A stretch of 64,000 bases of DNA from the sequence record SRR31156797_5435; one strand, 5' to 3'. The translations under genes were made by a program, and so were the position numbers. The notes beneath the pieces are model-generated. The model had not been told where the DNA came from. It did no database searches and saw nothing but the letters and a program-made list of their open reading frames with translations. Below are positions 45,004-53,405 of this stretch, piece after piece (the stretch's first letter is position 1; every line of letters begins with the position of its first letter).

Positions 45004-46112
45004 CCTTTGCCTCCTCTCAACAAGTGATTCTGTTTATCCGCAACGAGCATCAAAGCTATACAAAGGAAGATCCACACCACCGTCAGCAGCCAACTAGCAT
45101 AGACTCCCCAAGAAGTACCAGAACCCAATGCAAAGGCGCCCGAATAAAATTTATCCATAGCAGCTATATGAACTGGTAACAGTGGGATCTTTTGCAGCAT
45201 CGGAATCAAGCCGAGCCCATAAAAAAGCACCAGCAAAAAGAAAGAGACGTATCGATTGGCTGCGATCATGTTCATGACAAAACCTAAGCATTCGATCAAA
45301 CCAATCAGCAAGCCAAAAGAAACCAGGCTATATAAAACGCTCTGCCAAAAAGGTAAGGCTACCCAATCCCCATTGAGATAGACGGCTACTGGATATTGCC
45401 AATCCCCGAACTCCCCCAGAAGGCTCATTGAAAGAAAGACGCCTAAGAAGAACACAATCAAAACGCCTAAATTTGTAATCCCTTTAACCACAATTTTACT
45501 TAACATCCGAATCGGAAAAATCTGCGGGTACGAGCGAATCAAAGAGAAGTGTTCTCTTTCTTCTATCAAATTGTCACTGGCAAAAAAAGCCCAAAAGAAG
45601 AAGCCAAAATTCAGCAAAAACGTTATTGCCAAAGCGACAGCGGTCTGGGCATTGGCAGCAGTGAGGACCGGCTCTTTTTCTTGCTCGACTAAAGCTTGAT
45701 AGACCTTCTGATCTTGTTCGATTGCCCATAAAGGTGGCAAAAATCCTTTGTCATCAACTTCTGACGCCCAAATCTGCTTTTTTAGTTCTGCAATTTGAAT
45801 ACTCGTTTGATTAAATCGTTCGTATTCTTCCATAATCAAGTTGGATAACTGTCGCGAAGTCAGTGTATTGTTTTCAAGCAAAAGTTGATACACCTCTTGT
45901 TCAGCAGGTGAACCCGACTGATTGGCTTGGTAGCGATCAACAAGCCGTGAGGCTTCCGCTTTTTCTGCAGTGATCGTGGCGGGTAAGTTGATAGGTTCCA
46001 TCAGCTTCAAATAAATGGAAAAACAGCAACCTAAACTAAAGGCACCAATGAGCAGGAAGAGGAACGTTTTCTGTTTGACAGATTTAGCTAACTGGTTTTT
46101 AAAGTAGTTCAT
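45000..46112 (-). CDS. ABC-2-type permease with extracellular domain
   Basis: Same topology as its neighbour; ATGA overlap; start at MNYFKN behind GAGGAG. Confidence 0.75.
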   Translation of the reverse strand: MNYFKNQLAKSVKQKTFLFLLIGAFSLGCCFSIYLKLMEPINLPATITAEKAEASRLVDRYQANQSGSPAEQEVYQLLLENNTLTSRQLSNLIMEEYERFNQTSIQIAELKKQIWASEVDDKGFLPPLWAIEQDQKVYQALVEQEKEPVLTAANAQTAVALAITFLLNFGFFFWAFFASDNLIEEREHFSLIRSYPQIFPIRMLSKIVVKGITNLGVLIVFFLGVFLSMSLLGEFGDWQYPVAVYLNGDWVALPFWQSVLYSLVSFGLLIGLIECLGFVMNMIAANRYVSFFLLVLFYGLGLIPMLQKIPLLPVHIAAMDKFYSGAFALGSGTSWGVYASWLLTVVWIFLCIALMLVADKQNHLLRGGKG

Positions 46113-46220
46113 TTGCTCTCCTCTCAAAAAAATAATTATTCATTCTTTTAGCATACCTTTTATGGAAAAAAATGCAATCTAAAGTCTGAAAATTCTTTCA
46201 AATAGCATTAGGAAAAGTTA

Positions 46221-46250
46221 TTGACAAACCTGTTGAAAATCAGGTAAGAT
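46221..46250 (+). promoter_or_regulatory. SigA promoter of tRNA-Leu
   Basis: TTGACA-18-TAAGAT. Confidence 0.7.
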
Positions 46251-46308
46251 ATTTTCTAGACGCGGCGTGACAGAACTACCTCAGCCTGCGTTTCCTTCTA
46301 TAGTATTT

Positions 46309-46391
46309 GCGGAAATGACGGAATGGCAGACGTGCAAGATTGAGGGTCTTGTGAGCAATCGCTCGTGTGGGTTCAAATCCCATTTTCCGCA
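46309..46391 (+). tRNA. tRNA-Leu (anticodon GAG), CCA not encoded
   Basis: Acceptor stem GCGGAAA/TTTCCGC plus A; anticodon arm CAAGA-TTGAGGG-TCTTG; long variable arm; T arm GTGGG-TTCAAAT-CCCAT. Confidence 0.93.
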
Positions 46392-46396
46392 TCCTT

Positions 46397-46428
46397 ACAG
46401 CTTCCCCATTATGGGAAGCTGTTTTTTT
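46397..46428 (+). terminator. Terminator after tRNA-Leu
   Basis: acagcttccc-cattat-gggaagctgt followed by a T tract. Confidence 0.9.
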
Positions 46429-46795
46429 GTTTGCTCAAAAGATTCCCCATGGTGATCCTTCGATGAATTCTTTCGATCGCTTTGATCTTGAGCGTCTACT
46501 CCTAGAAAGTTGATACGAAGCTTCCTTTCCCAAATGTAAAAATCGATAAAAACTCTTTTATCATTGCATTTCACACTATTTTTCATATAAAATGAATAAT
46601 ATAACAATTATTCTCAAAAGCTGGTTCGATGCTCCGCTTTTTCTTATTGGCGGATCAGAAACAGTTGCCTGAATTTACTGGTGATGAAAAATCTTTTCAG
46701 CATTTTTCCCATTCACCTTCTCTCCTCCTTCCCCCAGATAAACAAACCTCTTCCGACCGTTTTCTCAGTTACTTTCGATAGAAAGAAGGAGCCTA

Positions 46796-48031
46796 ATGAA
46801 AAAAAGAGTACTGATCACCCTATTGTCATTCGTTATTTTGCTTATCGGTTGCGCAAAGGCAGATGAAGAACTGTCAGAGACCGTTGCACTTGGCATCGAC
46901 GCACGACTGGAATATACAAACCAATCCGGAACAGGCTGGGCCTATTATCACCCAGCAACCTTAGAGTTGTTGATTGCCGGCAGTCAAGCCGAATTGGCTA
47001 TTTTGGAAGAGCTTGATTCTTCCGACGAAGATCTTTATCAGTTAATCAGCCACACAATTGATTTGATGGCAACCGCTGAACGAGCGTTAGTGGAGCGTCG
47101 GATCAATGTCCCTGCTTGGTTTGCTGCTCGCATTGGTTATAGCCAGGCTCTGGCTGCGATTCATGAACGGAGCCCTATCATTCTCAGTAATCAAGACAAC
47201 CTCAACAGTCTACTAGAGGTAGCAAACGAAACGATTCCTGAAGCCGATCCACGGGAAAAGCTGGGGCTTTTGGCAGACGATATCGAGCAGCTTCAGCAGC
47301 TCACAGAAGATGCGCTTACTCTTCATCGCACAATCGAACTTGACGATGGACTCACTGCCACTGTTTACCACACAAGCGAAACGAATGTTGACGTCTTCGT
47401 TTTTGCGATGCCCGATGAGGAGTACGCATCTGGGTTTACTGTTCTGAATCGGGAAACTGCCGACGAGCAAAAAGCTGCATTCTATGAAACGATTTTACGA
47501 GGGCTGGTCGTAAATATTCCTCGTGAATCATTGATGTTTATGAATCGATTCGATCAATCTTCAGATGAACATCAGCTGGCTGTGATGACCTATTGCTTTG
47601 ATCATGACATTGATCAAGACATGGTCACTACCGTGTATCAACAGCTTCAAGAAGCAAACGCAAAACAAGAAGCAGCTACGGCTTTGCAGCAAGAGCAAAG
47701 CCAGCAAAACCAGGACGAACAAACTCAGACCGAGAATGAAGGAGCTTCAGAACAAAGACGAGCGATCGCACGTGCCGAATCCTATACGAACCTCATGGCT
47801 TTCTCACGTGCACGATTGATCCAACAATTAGAATTTGAAGGGTTTACCCATAATGATGCGCAATGGGCAGTTGATCAGCTCACGATTGATTGGAACGAGC
47901 AGGCGTTGAAGAAAGCAAATAGTTACCATTCCTTGATGAGTCTTCCTCCAGACAACATTCGCCGGTTATTGACTTTTGAAGACTTTTCAGAAGAACAAAT
48001 CGACTACGCAATGACAAACATGGGTAACTAA
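46796..48031 (+). CDS. Acidic lipoprotein with two C-terminal Ltp-like repeats
   Basis: Lipobox LLIG-C; A..RAESY...AFSRARLIQQLEFEGFT...AQWAVDQL.IDWNEQALKKANSY...FSEEQIDYAM. Confidence 0.8.
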   Translation: MKKRVLITLLSFVILLIGCAKADEELSETVALGIDARLEYTNQSGTGWAYYHPATLELLIAGSQAELAILEELDSSDEDLYQLISHTIDLMATAERALVERRINVPAWFAARIGYSQALAAIHERSPIILSNQDNLNSLLEVANETIPEADPREKLGLLADDIEQLQQLTEDALTLHRTIELDDGLTATVYHTSETNVDVFVFAMPDEEYASGFTVLNRETADEQKAAFYETILRGLVVNIPRESLMFMNRFDQSSDEHQLAVMTYCFDHDIDQDMVTTVYQQLQEANAKQEAATALQQEQSQQNQDEQTQTENEGASEQRRAIARAESYTNLMAFSRARLIQQLEFEGFTHNDAQWAVDQLTIDWNEQALKKANSYHSLMSLPPDNIRRLLTFEDFSEEQIDYAMTNMGN

Positions 48032-48072
48032 AAACTAGCGAAGAAAAGGACATCGCGATGCCCATATGCTGT

Positions 48073-48126
48073 TGTAGTGACCTCAAAAAGTTAGGTTTTT
48101 TGGTCTAACTTTGGGGGCTCAGTTGA
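48073..48126. mobile_element. IS3-family-like terminal inverted repeat remnant (empty, MITE-like)
   Basis: TGTAGTGACCTCAAAAAGTTAG...CTAACTTTGGGGGCTCAGTTGA, abutted imperfect IRs resembling IS3/IS150-group ends; no transposase. Confidence 0.55.
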
Positions 48127-48231
48127 TGTCCCTTGTATTGTGGCTATGTTTATACCCAAGAAAGTGCTCGATCTGATGCGTTCATTCGAACAAAATGGCG
48201 AAGTTTACCAGAGTCCCCGAGGAGGAGAAAA

Positions 48232-49503
48232 ATGAAAAAACAAGTTTTGTTGCCATTATTACTGATACTATCCCTGATTTCAGGATGTGGGACGATAAAT
48301 TTAGCAAGTCCTGAGGAACTTTCTGAGCGCATCGGCGCCGCTTTGGATGCAGGTTGGGAACATACCTATCATGCAGAAAATCTGACTTATGAGTTAAGTA
48401 TTGACAATCTCGAACTGATGATTCGAGGCAAAAAAGCAGAATTGGCCTTTCTAGAGCAGGTCAACAGCAATTCAGAACACAAGGCAGCATTCATTGAAAA
48501 CACGGAAAAAATGGTTGAACTCGCCCAAGAAGCGATTGATGCTCGCCATTTGGATATGCCGAGTTGGGTTGCCGCTCGAAATGGCCGTGTCGAAGCCTTA
48601 CTTGCCCTCCATGAGGAAAGCCCCATCATCGTCAGTAGACGAGCAAAATTGCAAGAATTATTCAATGAATACGAAGAAGATTTGGCACTAGTGACAGCTA
48701 GGGCAAACACTCCACTTGCCGATGAAGAAGCGTTCAATGAAGATACACGAGAAAAGCTTGGTTTGACGCCTGATACACTTGAACGTTTACACCAACAAAG
48801 CGACGACCAAGATATCGAGTGGCAGACCACTATTGATTTGGTGAACGGCGTGACCATGAATGTCTTTTCAACAAAACATGAGCCAGTGGAGATTCTCACA
48901 TTTACGAATGCTGGTGAGACCTACCCTTCCGCAATCACTTTGTTTAATGGGCAAACGACGGAAATCGTTCCCGAGATAATGACTCCTTACGAAGCCGTTT
49001 CCGCTTATTTTTATGAAATTGCCGATGCTGTTTATGAAACGATTCCAGTCGGTTATCGATTTCTGGTTGAATCACTATGGCTTGAACTGGAAAACGACAA
49101 TCGTTTTCAATTTAGAACCTACGTGTTTGATAACGAATTGACCGAGGAAACGATTTTAGCAGGGTTTCATCTCGCCCCGACTGTAGCAGCACGCTATGAG
49201 CGCGAAAACAATGCGACAGAACGAGAACGTGAAGCTTTTTTCCTCGTTAGAGCGCAAGGAAATCGTCGCTTTTATTCAAAACAAGAGATGGCAGAACTGT
49301 TAGAAACAGAAGGTTTCACTGCGGAGGAAACACAATGGGCACTAGAGACCCTTGACGTAGATTGGTATCGCCATGCTTTAGGGCGTGCCAATCAATCCCG
49401 CCGGGTGTTAGGGATCCGTCAAAGAAATATGGCTGCTCATCTTGAAGGGAACGGCTTCTTACCTGATGAGATCGAATTTGCGATTGAAAACATGGAAAAT
49501 TAG
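48232..49503 (+). CDS. Paralogous acidic lipoprotein with divergent Ltp-like repeats
   Basis: GGAGG RBS, lipobox LISG-C; YSKQEMAELLETEGFTAEETQWALETLDVDWYRHAL..A...GFLPDEIEFAIENM; alignable with the upstream gene. Confidence 0.75.
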   Translation: MKKQVLLPLLLILSLISGCGTINLASPEELSERIGAALDAGWEHTYHAENLTYELSIDNLELMIRGKKAELAFLEQVNSNSEHKAAFIENTEKMVELAQEAIDARHLDMPSWVAARNGRVEALLALHEESPIIVSRRAKLQELFNEYEEDLALVTARANTPLADEEAFNEDTREKLGLTPDTLERLHQQSDDQDIEWQTTIDLVNGVTMNVFSTKHEPVEILTFTNAGETYPSAITLFNGQTTEIVPEIMTPYEAVSAYFYEIADAVYETIPVGYRFLVESLWLELENDNRFQFRTYVFDNELTEETILAGFHLAPTVAARYERENNATEREREAFFLVRAQGNRRFYSKQEMAELLETEGFTAEETQWALETLDVDWYRHALGRANQSRRVLGIRQRNMAAHLEGNGFLPDEIEFAIENMEN

Positions 49504-49554
49504 TATGTAGTGGACGAGACAGACCAAATTTCCCATTTTTTCTTAGCGTAAACA

Positions 49555-49594
49555 AAAAACCGACCAATCTTCCTGTTTAAGATTGGCCGGTTTC
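49555..49594. terminator. Bidirectional terminator
   Basis: aaaaccgaccaatctt...aagattggccggtttt. Confidence 0.8.
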
Positions 49595-49595
49595 T

Positions 49596-49823
49596 TTATT
49601 TTTTGGTTTTGATTGGTACCATGGCTTTGCGCCGATGCTGCTTCATTATTGCTTGAAGACCATAGACACCAACTCCGATAATTCCTGCAAAAGCCGAAAA
49701 AGCAATAAAAATCACAGGAGACGCCCCACTTTCTATTAATTGTTTCCCTTGGACAAAGAAAAATAAGCCCATGCTGATCAATAATGCTAGAAATAGTGAT
49801 TGTCCCGCCCCGTTTTTTTTCAT
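49596..49823 (-). CDS. Small two-TM membrane protein
   Basis: AAGGAG RBS, two hydrophobic segments, basic tail. Confidence 0.7.
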   Translation of the reverse strand: MKKNGAGQSLFLALLISMGLFFFVQGKQLIESGASPVIFIAFSAFAGIIGVGVYGLQAIMKQHRRKAMVPIKTKK

Positions 49824-49887
49824 GCTTGCTCTCCTTTTACTTGATTATAGGTTATTCTCTCATTTCATGAATGAAAAAACCTCCATC

Positions 49888-50760
49888 TTAAGGCTGATTC
49901 TTTCTTTCGATGATCAGATTGATCCCATTCGGATCAGTCAAATGCAAGCGGCTGTCTGTTTCTAACTCATAAGAAACGCCACTTGCCTTTAGATGACTTC
50001 GTAACGTAGAAAAAGCCAAAGCTGGCAAAACGATCGTAAAGTACGCTAAACCTAGATCCTTTTCCTCCATAGCTGGAACATTTCTTCCCATCCAAATATT
50101 CGATCCGATATGGTGATGATACGAACCAGCAGCAAAAAACTTTGCTTGGCTACCAAAATCTGAAGTCAAACGCATGCCTAAAACTTCGGTGTAGAATTCT
50201 TCTGTTTTTGCCAGATCCGCCACTTTCAAATGGACATGCCCCACCGTGGTGCCAACTGGAAAAGTCGTTTGTGATCGGTCAGCGGCTCCCAGCACGCCTT
50301 GCGCGTCCATTTCGATAGTAACGCCTACGATCTCGCCGTCTGCTCGAATATCCCATTCACTCTTCGGTTTGTCACGATACACTTCGATCCCGTTTCCTTC
50401 TGGATCGGTCAGGTATAACGCTTCACTATACCCATGATCGCTAGCACCATCCAGAGGGGCTTTGGCCTCCAAATAATGAATCAGCATATTTCCTAGGTCT
50501 TTACGGCTAGGCAAAAGAAACGCCGTATGGAAAAGTCCTGTTTTCCGTGTCAAAGGCAACGGATCACTTACCTTCTCTAGGACTAAAAGCTCTTGTGTCC
50601 CCACGCCCAATCGCGCGTGATCTACACTTTGCTCCAATAAAGTCAGGCCGATCACGTCCGAATAAAACTGGCTCATTTTTTCCATATTCGCTACTTTTAA
50701 AACGACTTTGCCAATTGCGGCTGTTGCATCGATTTGATAGGTTGATTGAATCATTGTCAT
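49888..50760 (-). CDS. VOC-family ring-cleaving dioxygenase/glyoxalase (CatE-like)
   Basis: GLFHTAFLLP, DHGYSEALYL.DPEGNGIE.Y.D, GHVHL, YHHHIG.N.W. Confidence 0.88.
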   Translation of the reverse strand: MTMIQSTYQIDATAAIGKVVLKVANMEKMSQFYSDVIGLTLLEQSVDHARLGVGTQELLVLEKVSDPLPLTRKTGLFHTAFLLPSRKDLGNMLIHYLEAKAPLDGASDHGYSEALYLTDPEGNGIEVYRDKPKSEWDIRADGEIVGVTIEMDAQGVLGAADRSQTTFPVGTTVGHVHLKVADLAKTEEFYTEVLGMRLTSDFGSQAKFFAAGSYHHHIGSNIWMGRNVPAMEEKDLGLAYFTIVLPALAFSTLRSHLKASGVSYELETDSRLHLTDPNGINLIIERKNQP

Positions 50761-50813
50761 CGCTATTTCCTCTTTTCTAAACAGTTAAGTTCACTTGTAC
50801 CTTTAAGTATAAC

Positions 50814-50830
50814 ACTAACTTTTAGTAAGT
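50814..50830. promoter_or_regulatory. Candidate HxlR/DUF24-family (CatR/YodB-like) operator
   Basis: Imperfect palindrome ACTAAC-TTTTA-GTAAGT upstream of the catE-like gene. Confidence 0.4.
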
Positions 50831-50925
50831 AAATAAATCTGCTTGTTGAGGAAAGGATTCCTTGATCTCCCGTGACTCCTTGTAACAAAGCTTTTCCTCA
50901 TCAGTCACAATCAAAGACAGCTCGC

Positions 50926-51759
50926 TCACTTTTGCAATGCTTCAATCAGTGAAATGGTCGGCTGCATCGCTTCTTCGGTCGTCCCTTCTAACACAACATA
51001 ACAAAATGGCTTGTATTCAGCGGTGATGGCCAATAGTTGTTGATAATCAATCCTTCCTTCTCCCAATGGCACTACCTTGATTTTACCATCGATTACTTGA
51101 TAGTCCTTCAAGTGCAAGCAAACGATGGCATCACCAAAGCGGGAAAAAGCTTCCCTTGTCAAAGCGACTTGCTCTTGATAGTTCTTCGCCGTAATCAGAT
51201 TGGTTGGATCAAAGATGATCCCTAAATAGTCAGACGGTACTCGTTCCAGCAATTCTTCGATTCGATCGATCGATGATAGTGGATGATTCAAGCCCGCTTC
51301 AATCCCTAGCATCACTTGATGTCTCTTAGCCACTTGGACCAAACGCTTGATCACCTGAACCAAATCATCGAAAACGACGTCACTGAAATTTTCCTCGGTG
51401 TACCCCATATTTGGCAAAACCGAACCAGTTTCACTTGCAACCATAGCTGCATCAAAGTATTTGGCATGTGCGAGATAGGTCTCGAATCTGGATAAAATCG
51501 CTTCCCGTTTTTCCAGATCAGGATGGATCAGATTACTATAACAACTCAATAAAGCGACCTGAACATGAGATTGACCAAAAACACGTTTGAAAAAGCGGCC
51601 TAAACCAGGGCTTAATTGCTCTGGCTCTGCCCATTGCGGGAAGGATTTATTTAATGCAAATTGAATGTTATGAATGTTTTTGGCGGCAATTTTTTGCGCT
51701 AATTCTTCTGGGGACCCATAATTCTTTAAATCATGTCCCCGAACAGTTAGTTGAAACAT
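50926..51759 (-). CDS. Sugar phosphate isomerase/epimerase (xylose isomerase-like TIM barrel)
   Basis: RGHD, ETGS, GIEAG, FDPTN, HLKD, LE motifs. Confidence 0.85.
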   Translation of the reverse strand: MFQLTVRGHDLKNYGSPEELAQKIAAKNIHNIQFALNKSFPQWAEPEQLSPGLGRFFKRVFGQSHVQVALLSCYSNLIHPDLEKREAILSRFETYLAHAKYFDAAMVASETGSVLPNMGYTEENFSDVVFDDLVQVIKRLVQVAKRHQVMLGIEAGLNHPLSSIDRIEELLERVPSDYLGIIFDPTNLITAKNYQEQVALTREAFSRFGDAIVCLHLKDYQVIDGKIKVVPLGEGRIDYQQLLAITAEYKPFCYVVLEGTTEEAMQPTISLIEALQK

Positions 51760-51908
51760 AGCTTCTCCTTTCTTCACTGCTTTTGAAGCAAAAAGAAGAC
51801 CAAGCAGCGAATCACTTCAACTGGTCTTGGTCTTCCAATCATTCAGCAGTAGCGGCTCCTCACTTCATCTATTCCTTCTCAACAGATGATCAGAACCTTT
51901 TGTGACCT

Positions 51909-53402
51909 TTATTGTTGTGAACGATAATCTTCCGTGAACTCATCAATGATTTGCTGTCCACCATTTCTTAAGAAGGTTTCGATCGCTGTATCAAACCCAT
52001 CGATCTCGATTTCCCCAGTCATATATTGGTAGTAAGCGTCTGAGATTCCTTCAATCAAGCTTGACCATGAACGATCATAGGTTTCAGAGGTCAGCGATTG
52101 TGCAGGATTGATCACCGCAAACTCTTCATTTTCCCGAATCTTTTCATTGGCTAAGTTGACATATGGGTTGCTTGAAGGGAAAACTGTTACTAATTCTGAT
52201 GGACGAGACGAAGAAAATGGTTGTACTTCTTGTTGCCACTTCGTATCATCTAAACGGACATAGACACCCTCATCATCAATTTCATAATGGACCCCTTCGA
52301 TCCCTTGCGTCATCAAGGTAAACGGCTCTTCGTCCATCAAATCGTTGATAAATTTCAAAACAACACGTAAGTCTTCTTCGGTTTCAACATTGTTTTTCGG
52401 AATGGCTAACCAACCGCCCATTCCACCATTGGTATCAGAAAGGATACGACGTTCCACATTTTCATGGACGATATCATTGATCAAGACCCATTCCATATGC
52501 TCTTCATCAGTACCAGCTGCATCATCAATGTAGTTACGTACTTCTTGCAAACCACTCAATACAATCCCACCACGACCTTGAACGATATAGTTCTTCTGAT
52601 CATTTTTCGCCATTACCGCAAAATCAGAATTCATCCAGCCGTTATCATAGATATTACGGAACCATTCCATTGCTTCTTTGTATTCTGGTTGCATAAAGGA
52701 TGGCATCACTTCATCATCATCCGTGATCGTAAACCAATTGTCTGCACCAAAGTAACCTGAAAGTGAACGGAACCCAACATTAAAGGACTCATCACGTTCA
52801 ACGAATCCGACCGTGTCATCTACCCCATTGCCATCTGGGTCTCCTTCTGTAAAGGCTTGTGCCACAGCTGATAATTCTTCTAAAGTCGATGGCACGTCCA
52901 ACCCTAAATTGTCTAACCAATCTTTTCTTACGAGGACACCATAACGAGCGATCGGTTTTAGAAACGGTACACCATAGATATGACCATCGATACGAGAAGA
53001 TTCTAAGCGATCCTCAGAAATTTCTGCCAGATTCGGAAACTCTTCTAAATAGGGTTCCACATCCCAGAACATTCCAGATGCTAGCGAACTACGGACGGTT
53101 GTGTTATTGATTTCTGTCAAACTTACGATATCTGCTAAAGAATTTGACGCTAATGCTGCATTCAAGCGTTCTGTTTTTGATGCGTCCGGCACCCATGTAA
53201 AGTCGATCTCGACCCCTGTATATTCTTCTAACTTTTGTGTTACATCCCCAGACGGAGGTGAAGCGGTATGCAGCATCGCCATCCAAGAAATACTTGTTTT
53301 TTCATCACTTTCTGGTCCATCAGATGAACCTCCGCCATCGCCGCAGCCTGCTAAAAACAGTCCTGCACATAATAATAAACTTGCTACTTTCAACTTTTTC
53401 AT
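51909..53402 (-). CDS. Carbohydrate ABC substrate-binding lipoprotein (YtcQ/LplA-like)
   Basis: Lipobox FLAG-C; RKDWLDNLGL.VP.T.EEL; DPDGNG.DDT. Confidence 0.88.
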   Translation of the reverse strand: MKKLKVASLLLCAGLFLAGCGDGGGSSDGPESDEKTSISWMAMLHTASPPSGDVTQKLEEYTGVEIDFTWVPDASKTERLNAALASNSLADIVSLTEINNTTVRSSLASGMFWDVEPYLEEFPNLAEISEDRLESSRIDGHIYGVPFLKPIARYGVLVRKDWLDNLGLDVPSTLEELSAVAQAFTEGDPDGNGVDDTVGFVERDESFNVGFRSLSGYFGADNWFTITDDDEVMPSFMQPEYKEAMEWFRNIYDNGWMNSDFAVMAKNDQKNYIVQGRGGIVLSGLQEVRNYIDDAAGTDEEHMEWVLINDIVHENVERRILSDTNGGMGGWLAIPKNNVETEEDLRVVLKFINDLMDEEPFTLMTQGIEGVHYEIDDEGVYVRLDDTKWQQEVQPFSSSRPSELVTVFPSSNPYVNLANEKIRENEEFAVINPAQSLTSETYDRSWSSLIEGISDAYYQYMTGEIEIDGFDTAIETFLRNGGQQIIDEFTEDYRSQQ

Positions 53403-53405
53403 TCG

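Noticed and set aside
49526-49540. AAATTTCCCATTTT resembling the tRNA-Leu 3' end (possible attR)
   Set aside because: Match is short, AT-rich and imperfect; expected by chance
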